Source: Escherichia coli (GTDB taxonomy: Bacteria > Pseudomonadota > Gammaproteobacteria > Enterobacterales > Enterobacteriaceae). Taken from it: a DNA stretch of 64,000 bases. The notes beneath the pieces were generated by a model. The model saw only the letters and a list, made by a program, of their open reading frames with translations. It was not told the DNA's origin and did no database searches. The stretch is from assembly GCF_024223415.1 (NCBI RefSeq), contig NZ_CP100503.1. The stretch is one strand, 5' to 3'. Made by a program: the position numbers and the translations under genes. This document shows, one piece after another, positions 34,104-43,794 of the stretch. Numbering within the stretch: position 1 is the first letter of the stretch; every line of letters begins with the position of its first letter.

Positions 34104-35212
34104 GAACATCGTTAGTTACCCGTGAAGAGATGATCGAGGCAATTGAACAGCACACTGCCTGTATCAGTACCAGGGATATACCGGGCGTTATTGCCAACTA
34201 CTTCATGATCACCAAACAACTTTACCGGAGAAAGGACAAAAACGCGGTTCACCGCATTCTGCTAACCGATATCCGTGAATACCTGCTCGAACAGGGTCAT
34301 CTGAATTACGCAACCGTCGCAGCCGAAGCACGCAAGGAGGCACACAGAATGAAAGCAACTAACGTTAAATCAGAAAAAATTTATGCACCTTCAGTTCAGG
34401 AATCGGAACTGGTGGTTGTTCAGAATCAGCCGGATGAAATTCCCGTTCTGGAATGGCAGGGAGTACGTGTCGTGACAACCGAAACTCTTGCTAGAGGGTA
34501 TGGGACCGAAACTAATAACATCAAAGTTAACTATACGCGTAATGCTGATCGCTTTGAGGAAGGTAAACATTACTTTCTACTAACTGGTTCAAAATTAAAA
34601 GAATTGAAGGACAAGGTTACTCAAAGTAACTTAGTCGCACCGCGAGCAAAGCACCTCACTCTCTGGACGGAACGCGGCGCAGCCCGCCACGCTAAAATGC
34701 TCGAAACCGATCAGGCATGGGCATTCTTTGAAAAACTGGAAGACAGCTACTTCCGACAAAAAGAACAGCAACCGATCGCAATCCCCCAGACGCTTCCTGA
34801 AGCTCTGCGCCTGGCTGCCGAACTGGCTGAACAAAAGCAACTTCTGGAACAGAAAGCCCACCAGCTAAATCAGCAGCTGGTGGCCGCAGCCCCTAAAGTC
34901 GAGTTTGCCGACCGGGTATCAGTGGCCAAGGGGATCCTGATTGGGAATTTTGCAAAGGTTGTTGGACTTAAGCAAAACGCGCTGTTTGCCTGGTTACGGG
35001 AGAACGGCATCCTGATAGCGTCCGGTGGACGTAAAAATGTGCCGTTCCAGCAATACATCAACGCCGGGTATTTCACGGTGAAAGAAGTGGTGCTGGATGA
35101 TGAAGATGGCTACCAGATACGGTTGACGCCCCAGCTAACTGGGAAAGGCCAGCAGTGGTTGACGCGTAAACTGCTCGATGCTGGCTTGTTAAAACCGGTG
35201 GCGGCTGAATAA
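34100..35212 (+). CDS. ant: Antirepressor Ant paralog C (KilA-C C-terminal domain)
   Basis: 370 aa; closest to Ant A throughout. Confidence 0.7.
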   Translation: MRTSLVTREEMIEAIEQHTACISTRDIPGVIANYFMITKQLYRRKDKNAVHRILLTDIREYLLEQGHLNYATVAAEARKEAHRMKATNVKSEKIYAPSVQESELVVVQNQPDEIPVLEWQGVRVVTTETLARGYGTETNNIKVNYTRNADRFEEGKHYFLLTGSKLKELKDKVTQSNLVAPRAKHLTLWTERGAARHAKMLETDQAWAFFEKLEDSYFRQKEQQPIAIPQTLPEALRLAAELAEQKQLLEQKAHQLNQQLVAAAPKVEFADRVSVAKGILIGNFAKVVGLKQNALFAWLRENGILIASGGRKNVPFQQYINAGYFTVKEVVLDDEDGYQIRLTPQLTGKGQQWLTRKLLDAGLLKPVAAE

Positions 35213-35219
35213 TGGAAGA

Positions 35220-35245
35220 ATGCCCGGTTGATGCCGGGCAAAAGG
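35220..35245 (+). terminator. Hairpin after ant C (same as at 24607)
   Basis: ATGCCCGG-TTGATG-CCGGGCA. Confidence 0.5.
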
Positions 35246-35254
35246 GCGGAAAGT

Positions 35255-35503
35255 TTAATCAGCATTCAGGAGCAATGCGTTATCTATGATGATCTGCTCC
35301 CATTCTTCGAATGCCCGGTCGCGGACGCCCTGGGGAACACTGTTAGTTTTGAAATCGACGACCATACGCCATTTCCCGTCCGGACGGTACATGCGCAGAG
35401 CTTTACTTCCCCCTTCCCTGCGCACCTCAACGTTATGCTTGTCAGCAAACTCTTGTAATGCTCGTAGCGTCCCATGCTTTACTGTGTAGTATCGCTTTTT
35501 CAA
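35255..35503 (-). CDS. Hypothetical protein
   Basis: 82 aa; last gene of the minus-strand operon headed by the giant helicase gene. Confidence 0.4.
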   Translation of the reverse strand: MKKRYYTVKHGTLRALQEFADKHNVEVRREGGSKALRMYRPDGKWRMVVDFKTNSVPQGVRDRAFEEWEQIIIDNALLLNAD

Positions 35504-35940
35504 GTTTTCTCTCCAGCCTGTGCCAAGGCTTCAACTTCCAAATCGTAAGACTCAAACTCATAGTCCTGGTCGTCAACTTCTTCAGGCACTGGCAGTAAGT
35601 GCCAGGCTGAGTATATCTGACCATTATCAAAACGCTCCTGGCTGTAGAGCGTCGCGGCTATGAGTGTTAGCGCCGGGCGGTCATAACGGTAAATTTTGCG
35701 AACGTCACGGTCAACGAGACGACCGAAATTACCATAACCGCGCTCCAGTAATAATTTTTTAATTTCCGGCCAGTATGGACCATAGCTGCGGTACAGGCGG
35801 TGATTTTTCAGTAATCGCCCGCGTAGCCCTGACAGGAAGAAATCAACGTATTCGTCTTCTGTCTTTCCTAACAACGCTGTACGGAGTACCGCCTCAAGAT
35901 ATGTTTTATTCGGTTTTATTGTATCAGATAGTGTGGCCAT
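35500..35940 (-). CDS. Hypothetical protein
   Basis: 146 aa; overlaps downstream ORF by 4 bp. Confidence 0.4.
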   Translation of the reverse strand: MATLSDTIKPNKTYLEAVLRTALLGKTEDEYVDFFLSGLRGRLLKNHRLYRSYGPYWPEIKKLLLERGYGNFGRLVDRDVRKIYRYDRPALTLIAATLYSQERFDNGQIYSAWHLLPVPEEVDDQDYEFESYDLEVEALAQAGEKT

Positions 35941-35973
35941 ATTATGCGACGCCCGGCGAACCGGGCGCTCCTG

Positions 35974-38900
35974 TTATGCGTATTGTTGGATGACGGCCAG
36001 AACGTCCGCCACGTTGTGTTTTGTCTCGATAATCCACCAGTTACCCGGGAAATCGCTGTTCTTCGCCTTCGCTGGCAGCCAGCGAGCGCCGAATTTCGCC
36101 TTGATTGCGTCTTTCGCACGGAAAAGAACCCCTTTCATGCCTGAGGCTTCCTGAAGCCCAAATACCTCGCCAGCGGCGAATTTTGGTGCGTACATCATCT
36201 TCAGGTCGGCGGTGGATACGCGATAATTCAGGCCAAGAGACTGAGCTATGCTGGTGGCATCACCCTGTATTGATGATAACTCTTCTTGTTTCTCGTTTCT
36301 GGCGGCAATCTCTTCCTCCGTGATGTTGCCAAGGGCCAGGTTTATCCGATCAGCGTCGGCCTGTTTCTCTTCATCGGTGCGCCCGGCAAGAACCGTGTTA
36401 ATTCTCTGCAATATCTCCACATGATTCTTGCGCATGCTGAGCAATTCCGGCGTAACCTCGTTAAGATCCACCAGCCCAAGGATGGCAAGGTCGGAAAACA
36501 TTGATACCAGGTTGTAGGTCATGCGATAGCTGAGTTGACCATAGGCTGATGGCAACTTCACCGCATCCATTTGATAGGCATCCATAAATTTAGAGCCGTC
36601 GTTTACGACATCCGCTATTGCAGGTGTGATTTTCCCTGTGGTGGCGGCCTCCCTGATTGCTGTTACCCACGATTGAGTCAGCGCGGCGACTGCATGATTC
36701 AGATTGGCTTTCCGTTCTGCTGCGATGCGCGCGCTTGCTGCGTCCATTGCCTGCTTGATCTCGGCTTTATTGCTGTAAATGCCAATGGTGCCAAACTGTG
36801 CTGTGGTGATCTCATAATCTGACGCCCGGAACTCATTGGTACCGAAAATGGCATTGGTGACTTCAAGTTCAGAATCCCCGTTACGAGTAGCCCCCTGGCT
36901 TGTTTTTTCCGGCATTCTGGCGATCGCATCCGCTATTTTCTCCTGAATTGCTTCAGGGGATAGCGTATCTCCGTATGACGCGATTACATCGCCATAATTG
37001 GAGCCAAACAATTCAACCAGGAATGTTTCTGCCGAACGGATCTGGCGGTTATTCCCTTCCGACATCATACCAAGCACCCATTTTGCAATTGACGACTTCA
37101 GCGCGCCGTCACGGCGATCCGGGTAAACCGCATGCTTCAGTGGGTCCGTATAGGTACCAACAAAATCAATGCTATAGCCTGACTCTGTAGTCTGAACGCC
37201 GTATGAGTCAGTGATTTTGATCATGCCGCGCTGCTGGAAACGGTAGAAATCGTCACAGGAAATGATGTCGTTAATCCCGGCGATGGAGACGCCACCACTG
37301 ATTTTCTGCATAACAGCATCTTCATCGGGAGTTACATCCACCTGTTTATCCAGCGTCTTCACATCCCAGTTACCCGATTTGGTGCCTTTGAAGGTAAAGA
37401 TGATCTCCACGTCTGCGCGCTGGCTGTCGAAGTCCAGCGACTTAATGCGAACGATATCACCGGCACAATCGTAGTATTGGCCTACACGCCATGAGCGATC
37501 GCCGATAACAAGGAACTCACTCGCATGGTTAACCAGGTCAGGATCAACATCCAGAATGCCTTTATTTATTGCATCCTCCACCAGCGGGCGCAGGCGTTTG
37601 ATATCCGTCGCGGCCTTCTGAGTACGGTTCAATAATTTCTCATAGCGGGAGATGGCTTGAGAGATATTAGCCTTGCGCTGAATGGCGTTTTTCAACGACG
37701 CGCGATACTGTGCTAACAACATACGGTCTGTGTGATGGACGCTCCCCCAGCGGGCCTTCCAGTCTGCGTTATCAGCTGCTTTGGCCATTACCGCCTGTTT
37801 GAATTTAGCTACCTCGGCGGTGGTCTTTTCAAGTTCCGCTTTGCTTCGCTCTAATTCAGCGGTAAGTACCTCCACATCCTCGCCAGCTGCGTGCTGCGCC
37901 TTGATGTAGTTCTGAAGGTCGATAGTAGCCTGTTCTTTCTGGCGAGCGCGTTGCGCGGCTTTCGCCTTATCCATTTGAACCTGCATCATTGCCAGACGTT
38001 CGCCATCATCCTTAGCGGTATACATCTGCATTTCGATCATATCGTTGGCGTCGGCGTTCTCCATTTCAGACTTATCTGAGCGGAGGATATCGGAGATCCA
38101 GCCTGCTTTACGCTTCAGCGTCTTCAGTCGGTATTCATCGAAAGAACCCTTGCCGCAGTAGTAGTGAACGCGAACGCTTGCACGGTTGGAACCAACTCGG
38201 GCACCGCGACCGTTACGCTGTGCGATACTGGCTGGTGTCCATGGCAACGTCAGATGATGGATGTCAGTCGTTCCTCGATGCAGGTTGATACCCACCTCTG
38301 CCTTTTTGTTGCAGATGATGATCGGAGTCCGGCCCTCCTGGAAGTCGGCAGCAATCTTTTCCAGCCCACCCAGCGACATTTCATTTTGCTGCGCGATATA
38401 GGCGTCATACAGAGCCATTTGCTCGTTGTATTTCGCTATCTGTGCATCTGTTGGTTCATCCGGTAGCTCTTTCGGCGGTTTAACCGCTTTCAGTTTCTTA
38501 CCGGTTTTACCTGCCTCGGCAACCGTCTGAGCATTCAGGATCCCCACCTTTGAAGGTTCAAGGTTAAGAGCATTGCAGATAATGCGCTTGAGCTTCTGGT
38601 GTTGCGTTTTTTCATCGGTGAAGATGATTTGCTTACCTTCCGGGAAAAACTCCTTCAGCGTGGCGATCAGCTTCGCGTATTTCGGCGTAACGGGGTGAGT
38701 TACGGTCTGTTCGTCAATGCCAAACCTGGCCAGGCGCTTATTCACTTCCTGCTCGAACGCTTCCGGAACCTGCAACTGAATAAACTCGCCCTTATCTATC
38801 AGGGAGTATTGCGATTGCTGCGTGATCGAATCATCACTGTCGTCGTCTTCGCTGGTGGCTTGTTTAGGCAAACTGTCCGCCAGCTGCTGCACCGCATCGG

Positions 38901-40863
38901 CGTACTCCGGCAGGAAACGATAGGTGATCCTGCGATAGTACAGGTCCATGTCAGTACATACGCGGTCCATATCCCTGATTATTGAGAAGATCGGACGGGC
39001 TTTCTCGTGCTCAATCACGCCGTCTTCATTGACCGAGGTCGTTACGCCATTGTTGGCTTTGGCTGCCGCTTCCGCCTGCTGACGCAATTCTTCATACGCC
39101 GCCAGTTGTTCTTCCGTAAGTGGTGCATCCTGCTGGTGTTCGTCCAGTTCCGGGATCTCCACGGTATCCTTAACGTCTTCCGCCGTTTTAAGCGTTGTCC
39201 AGCGATGGAATATGCCGCGCAGCGCATCAAGGTTTTCAAAGCCCACCAGCGCCATTTTTTCTTCAACTTCACCGCTAATTTTCTGTACCGTTTCCAGCCT
39301 GGTCTTGCCGAAGAATTTAACGAAGTCATCAGGACCGTAGATCCCCATCTTCTGCCAGTATTCCTTCGGCAGCACATGAGAAAGCATGTTGTATGCATCG
39401 ATCGGGGTGTTAACGACTGGCGTTGCAGTCAGGAGAACCGGTCCGCGCCCACCATTCTTTTTCATCAGGTACGCGTTTTTAATTGCCATATCCCGCGCCG
39501 ATTGCGCCACCGCGCTGGTGGGCAGATAGGCCAGTTGTGACGCTTCGCGACCATTTTTATAGCTATTGCGGTAGTTGTGACCTTCGTCAGCGATCACACT
39601 ATCGAAGCCCATATCCTCAAAGTACGGATACTTCTCTGCTTTTTCGGTGCCGGTATCTGAATACTCCGACAATACCCGGCGACGCGCGGCCTCTTTGCGG
39701 TGGGAGTCGGAGTCCATTGCGCTGGCTACGCGCCCGGCGGCAACGAAGTCATAAAGCATATCCTGTGCATGCTCATCTACGGTGTCATCACGTAGCGGAA
39801 TGCGGGCGTATTGTTCTTTGGTAAACACGACTGCACGGTAATTTGAGTGCGGGATCGCGTTCATCCGCGCCGTGATAGTGGCTTCATCTGCCAGCTTAAG
39901 AGCATCGCGCATAACTGGAGTGCCATCAGTACCAAGAACAGGTTTACCGTTCTCATTGAGCACCGGCACCTGGCGAATCTGATCGCCATCCATCAGCACA
40001 TCAAGACCGACGAACAGGTAGTTACTGAATGCCTCTTCACTCAGGAACTCTTTTGCTTCGTAATACCAGTTTTCCAGCACTGATTTAGGCACTACATACG
40101 CAGTACGGGTGGAACGACCGTTCTCATAGTTGAACGCCTCAAGCGCCAGCGCGGTCGTGGTTTTACCCAGCCCGGTACCGAAGCCCAGGATGCCGCGCCC
40201 ATCTTCGGACAGTCGGCGCACCTCGCTATTCTGGTAATCAAATGGCTGTCGCTTACCGCTTAATCCCTTCAACCCAAGCGGATCGCCAGAGTGTTCATAC
40301 GGGATATTGCTATTGAACACATCGTTGTATTTGGCAACCAGCTCATCGTAGCGATCGTGCGTCTTGATCCACTTATTGAACTGGTCCTCAAGCAGTGCCA
40401 TCTGCTCGCGGTAGCCGTTCGCCGTCGCGCTATCTTTGCCACCGATACGCGCACCATTGAGATACTTTTCCAGCTGTGCCGGGAACCCGGTCGCGTTTTC
40501 ACCTGATTTACGGTCCCACTCGTAGCGGATCTCGCCTGTTTCTTTATCCTTGCGCTGGACGACACCGTATCGGTGCCCGACGAACAGACCATCACCACCG
40601 TGATAGGTGTCAGAAACCATTTCGTCGCCTTCCAGCTGCACTGACTGCACATAGCGAAGATCCGGATAGCCGTTTTCCTGCAAAAATTCCAGAATGACGG
40701 AACGGTCGAACCAACGGCTATTGAGCTTAAAGCGGATATTCTCTGCTGGCGTCTTGATGCGCTTCTCTTCGATCGCTGCCAGCTGATTAAGGACGTTGTT
40801 CTTTACCCAGTGCGCCGTAAAGCCCCGTCCTTCAGGTCGGGGATATAAGGCGCGGTTTTCCAC
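35974..40863 (-). CDS. Large SF2 helicase-domain protein, 5'-truncated by IS insertion (DarB-like anti-restriction candidate)
   Basis: 1629 codons; Walker A GFGTGLGKTT, DEGH box, TATP, QRNGRGARVGS; first 19 codons (40807-40863) are IS left-end sequence, host-derived part starts at 40806. Confidence 0.5.
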   Translation of the reverse strand: MENRALYPRPEGRGFTAHWVKNNVLNQLAAIEEKRIKTPAENIRFKLNSRWFDRSVILEFLQENGYPDLRYVQSVQLEGDEMVSDTYHGGDGLFVGHRYGVVQRKDKETGEIRYEWDRKSGENATGFPAQLEKYLNGARIGGKDSATANGYREQMALLEDQFNKWIKTHDRYDELVAKYNDVFNSNIPYEHSGDPLGLKGLSGKRQPFDYQNSEVRRLSEDGRGILGFGTGLGKTTTALALEAFNYENGRSTRTAYVVPKSVLENWYYEAKEFLSEEAFSNYLFVGLDVLMDGDQIRQVPVLNENGKPVLGTDGTPVMRDALKLADEATITARMNAIPHSNYRAVVFTKEQYARIPLRDDTVDEHAQDMLYDFVAAGRVASAMDSDSHRKEAARRRVLSEYSDTGTEKAEKYPYFEDMGFDSVIADEGHNYRNSYKNGREASQLAYLPTSAVAQSARDMAIKNAYLMKKNGGRGPVLLTATPVVNTPIDAYNMLSHVLPKEYWQKMGIYGPDDFVKFFGKTRLETVQKISGEVEEKMALVGFENLDALRGIFHRWTTLKTAEDVKDTVEIPELDEHQQDAPLTEEQLAAYEELRQQAEAAAKANNGVTTSVNEDGVIEHEKARPIFSIIRDMDRVCTDMDLYYRRITYRFLPEYADAVQQLADSLPKQATSEDDDSDDSITQQSQYSLIDKGEFIQLQVPEAFEQEVNKRLARFGIDEQTVTHPVTPKYAKLIATLKEFFPEGKQIIFTDEKTQHQKLKRIICNALNLEPSKVGILNAQTVAEAGKTGKKLKAVKPPKELPDEPTDAQIAKYNEQMALYDAYIAQQNEMSLGGLEKIAADFQEGRTPIIICNKKAEVGINLHRGTTDIHHLTLPWTPASIAQRNGRGARVGSNRASVRVHYYCGKGSFDEYRLKTLKRKAGWISDILRSDKSEMENADANDMIEMQMYTAKDDGERLAMMQVQMDKAKAAQRARQKEQATIDLQNYIKAQHAAGEDVEVLTAELERSKAELEKTTAEVAKFKQAVMAKAADNADWKARWGSVHHTDRMLLAQYRASLKNAIQRKANISQAISRYEKLLNRTQKAATDIKRLRPLVEDAINKGILDVDPDLVNHASEFLVIGDRSWRVGQYYDCAGDIVRIKSLDFDSQRADVEIIFTFKGTKSGNWDVKTLDKQVDVTPDEDAVMQKISGGVSIAGINDIISCDDFYRFQQRGMIKITDSYGVQTTESGYSIDFVGTYTDPLKHAVYPDRRDGALKSSIAKWVLGMMSEGNNRQIRSAETFLVELFGSNYGDVIASYGDTLSPEAIQEKIADAIARMPEKTSQGATRNGDSELEVTNAIFGTNEFRASDYEITTAQFGTIGIYSNKAEIKQAMDAASARIAAERKANLNHAVAALTQSWVTAIREAATTGKITPAIADVVNDGSKFMDAYQMDAVKLPSAYGQLSYRMTYNLVSMFSDLAILGLVDLNEVTPELLSMRKNHVEILQRINTVLAGRTDEEKQADADRINLALGNITEEEIAARNEKQEELSSIQGDATSIAQSLGLNYRVSTADLKMMYAPKFAAGEVFGLQEASGMKGVLFRAKDAIKAKFGARWLPAKAKNSDFPGNWWIIETKHNVADVLAVIQQYA

Positions 40864-41280
40864 CTAACCAGGTGTTTGCTGTTGTTCAATGTATTGGCGG
40901 ATGATGGATATTGGTGCGCCACCGCAGCTACTGGCAAAATAGCTGGGACTCCATAAAACGCCTTTGTAGTAATATCGGGCTGCAATATCTGGTCGATCTC
41001 GTCGCAATAATCTACTCGATACGCCCTTGAGACTGTTCACCAGGCTGGATATCGCCAATTTGGGGGGATAGTTAATTAGCAGGTGAACGTGATCTCGTTC
41101 TCCATCCATTTCAACCAGTTCAGCTTCAAAATCAGCACATACACTTGAAAAGTAAGTGCGTAGTTTTTCTATTGCGTCATGGTCAAAAATCTGACGTCGG
41201 TATTTTGCGACAAAGACCAGGTGAACGTGCATCAGGAAGACGCAGTGTCTTCCACGTCGGATATCAGTTTCTTTTTTTAT
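40864..41280 (-). pseudogene. tnpA: IS200-type transposase tnpA with start codon changed to ATA
   Basis: Copy 3 has ATG at the equivalent position (63558-63560); copy 2 has ATA at 41278-41280; ORF track only finds a TTG-initiated 178-aa extension. Confidence 0.5.
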
Positions 41281-42511
41281 GGACCAAAGTATAATTTGGC
41301 TTATGAAACGACTACAAGCTTTCAAATTCCAGTTAAGACCAAATGGACAGCAGGAGCGTGAAATGAGGCGCTTCGCGGGCGCATGTCGTTTCGTTTTCAA
41401 TCGTGCTCTGGCGCTTCAGAATGAGAATCATGAGGCCGGGAACAAATATATTTCTTATGCAAAGATGACTTCCTGGCTGGTTGAATGGAAAAATGCTACT
41501 GAAACGCAATGGCTTAAAGATTCTCCCTCACAGCCATTGCAGCAGTCACTGAAAGACCTTGAGCGAGCCTACAAAAATTTCTTTCAGAAGCGTGCCTCTT
41601 TTCCCCGCTTCAAAAAGCGGGGACAGAATGATGCATTCCGCTATCCGCAGGGCGTTAAGCTCGACCAAGGGAACGGTCGTATTTTTCTGCCAAAACTTGG
41701 CTGGATGCACTACCGGAACAGCCGTCAGGTCTCGGGGATTGTGAAAAACGTCACTGTCAGCCAGTCCTGCGGTAAGTGGTACATCAGTATTCAGACAGAA
41801 AGTGAAGTATCAACTCCGGTTCACCCTTCAGCATCAATAGTCGGTCTGGATGCAGGCGTGGCTAAACTCGCCACGCTGTCAGATGGCACAGTCTTTGAGC
41901 CTGTAAACAGTTTTCAGAAAAACCAGAAGACGCTGGCGAGACTTCAGCGACAGTTAAGCCGCAAGGTCAAATTCAGCAACAACTGGCAGAAGCAGAAATG
42001 CAAAATACAGCGACTGCATTCCCGTATCGCAAATATCCGCAGGGACTACCTTCACAAAGTCACAACGACCGTCAGCAAAAACCACGCCATGATAGTCATT
42101 GAGGATTTGAAGGTCAGTAACATGTCAAAGTCAGCAGCGGGTACGGTCAGCCAGCCGGGGCGCAATGTCCGGGCAAAATCAGGTTTAAACCGTTCGATAC
42201 TGGATCAGGGCTGGTATGAAATGCGCCGTCAGCTTGAGTACAAGCAGCTCTGGCGAGGCGGTCAGGTGCTTGCGGTTCCGCCAGCGTACACAAGCCAGCG
42301 TTGCGCGTGCTGTGGTCATACAGCGAAAGAAAACCGCCTGTCACAAAGTCAATTCAGATGCCAGGTATGTGGATATACAGCGAACGCCGATGTAAACGGC
42401 GCTCGTAACATTTTAGCGGCGGGGCACGCCGTTCTTGCCTGTGGAGGGATGGTGCAGTCAGGCCGCCCGTTGAAGCAGGAACCCACCGAAATGATTCAGG
42501 CGACAGCCTGA
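41279..42511 (+). CDS. tnpB: TnpB
   Basis: 410 aa; C-terminal 230 aa nearly identical to tnpB at 28201-29433, N-terminal half divergent. Confidence 0.85.
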   Translation: MDQSIIWLMKRLQAFKFQLRPNGQQEREMRRFAGACRFVFNRALALQNENHEAGNKYISYAKMTSWLVEWKNATETQWLKDSPSQPLQQSLKDLERAYKNFFQKRASFPRFKKRGQNDAFRYPQGVKLDQGNGRIFLPKLGWMHYRNSRQVSGIVKNVTVSQSCGKWYISIQTESEVSTPVHPSASIVGLDAGVAKLATLSDGTVFEPVNSFQKNQKTLARLQRQLSRKVKFSNNWQKQKCKIQRLHSRIANIRRDYLHKVTTTVSKNHAMIVIEDLKVSNMSKSAAGTVSQPGRNVRAKSGLNRSILDQGWYEMRRQLEYKQLWRGGQVLAVPPAYTSQRCACCGHTAKENRLSQSQFRCQVCGYTANADVNGARNILAAGHAVLACGGMVQSGRPLKQEPTEMIQATA

Positions 42512-42592
42512 ACGTAGCAGGAATCCACGTCCTTCAGGGCGTGGAGGATGTCAATGGAGCCTCCCCTTCTCTGCCGACGTTCAGGGGGGTTT

Positions 42593-43630
42593 ATGAAAAC
42601 ACCTCTCGTCACCCGTAATGACATAGCCGAAGCGATCGCCCTGCATACTGCCTGTATGCCGACACGGGAGATCCCCGGCGCAATTGCCAACTATTTCATG
42701 ATAACCAGACGTTTTTATACCCGAACAGATAAGGCTGTGATCAACAAGCTACTGATAGCCGAGATCAGGGATTATTTGATTGAACAAGGACGTCTACGTT
42801 ACGCAACAGTGGCAGCAGAAATGAGAAAGGAGGCACATAGAATGACCGGTAATAATTTAAATGTTGAAAAACCAGCACCTGTTGCTTCAGCTACGCCAGC
42901 ACCAGCCGTGAATATCATCCCCAACACCGGAGACACAATCGACAGCCTGACACTGTTAAAGATGGTCAATGAAGCGCGTAAGTTATGTGGGGAACCAGAG
43001 GTTCGGAACAACAAATTCATCGAAAAAATACTCGATGAGCTTGATGGTGAGCACTACACAAAAAGTGTAGTGGAAAAAATGAACAAAACATCAATGCTTG
43101 TCATAACCATGACTTTCAAACAAGCCCTGCGAGTCGCCGCGCGCGAGTCAAAAGCGGTCCGCCGTTCGCTGATCGACAAACTGGAAGAATTACAGCAGGC
43201 AAACTCACCTACCCCATCGATCCCCCAGACATTACCAGAAGCCCTACGCCTGGCTGCCGAGTTGGCAGAACAGAAAATGCAGCTGGAACAACAGCTGGTG
43301 GCCGCAGCCCCTAAAGTCGATTTTGCCGACCGGGTATCAGTGGCCAATGGAATCCTGATCGGGAACTTTGCAAAGGTCGTTGGACTTAAGCAAAACGCCC
43401 TTTTCTCATGGTTGCGCCAGAACGGCATTCTCATGGCTTTTGGTGCGCGCAAAAACGTACCGCGCCAACAGTACATCAACGCCGGGTATTTCACGGTGAA
43501 AGAAGTGGTGCTGGATGATGAAAATGGCTACCAGATACGGCTGACGCCCCAATTAACGGGTAAAGGCCAGCAGTGGTTAACTCGCAAGCTACTTGATGCT
43601 GGTTTGTTAAAACCAGTAGCAATAGGTTAA
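42593..43630 (+). CDS. ant: Antirepressor Ant paralog D at the native position upstream of kilA
   Basis: 345 aa from MKTPLVTRND; preceded by 38 bp remnant of icd 3' end (…LPFSADVQGGL*) then the IS right end. Confidence 0.7.
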   Translation: MKTPLVTRNDIAEAIALHTACMPTREIPGAIANYFMITRRFYTRTDKAVINKLLIAEIRDYLIEQGRLRYATVAAEMRKEAHRMTGNNLNVEKPAPVASATPAPAVNIIPNTGDTIDSLTLLKMVNEARKLCGEPEVRNNKFIEKILDELDGEHYTKSVVEKMNKTSMLVITMTFKQALRVAARESKAVRRSLIDKLEELQQANSPTPSIPQTLPEALRLAAELAEQKMQLEQQLVAAAPKVDFADRVSVANGILIGNFAKVVGLKQNALFSWLRQNGILMAFGARKNVPRQQYINAGYFTVKEVVLDDENGYQIRLTPQLTGKGQQWLTRKLLDAGLLKPVAIG

Positions 43631-43643
43631 CAAAAGAAAAAAA

Positions 43644-43667
43644 CCTGCCAGCAAACTGGCAGGTTTC
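43644..43667 (+). terminator. Rho-independent terminator after ant D
   Basis: CCTGCCAG-CAAA-CTGGCAGG followed by TTTC. Confidence 0.6.
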
Positions 43668-43708
43668 TGAGCAGATCGTCCAACCCGATCTGGATCGAGC
43701 CAGAAAAA

Positions 43709-43725
43709 TTTGCTCTAATAAATTT
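43709..43725 (+). promoter_or_regulatory. C1 operator upstream of kilA-repL
   Basis: TTTGCTCTAATAAATTT. Confidence 0.65.
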
Positions 43726-43794
43726 CGTTTTCTAAGTGCAAAGAATCACCATTTCGAGCTGGTGATTGAAGGTTGATGCAAATTTGGAGAAAAA

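Larger units (their letters stand above)
40807..42554 (+). mobile_element. IS200/IS605-family insertion sequence, copy 2 (tnpA minus strand, tnpB plus strand)
   Basis: Left end follows TTTAC at 40802-40806; ends identical to copy 3 (63087-) and to window start (2-39). Confidence 0.8.

Noticed and set aside
36105-40083. Multiple plus-strand ORFs of 70-180 aa inside the giant helicase gene, and similar antisense ORFs inside hsdR, hsdM and structural genes
   Set aside because: They lie entirely within longer, motif-supported genes on the opposite strand and have no RBS or conserved features; treated as shadow ORFs.
35974-40863. Giant helicase ORF considered as a P1-type type III restriction subunit (Res)
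   Set aside because: Far too long for Res and lacks an adjacent mod gene; architecture fits a DarB-like or other large helicase better, though identity remains unproven.
40864-41400. 178-aa TTG-initiated tnpA ORF overlapping tnpB
   Set aside because: The extension is absent from homologous TnpA proteins; the real start aligns with an ATA codon in this copy (ATG in copy 3), so the long ORF is an artefact of ORF calling.
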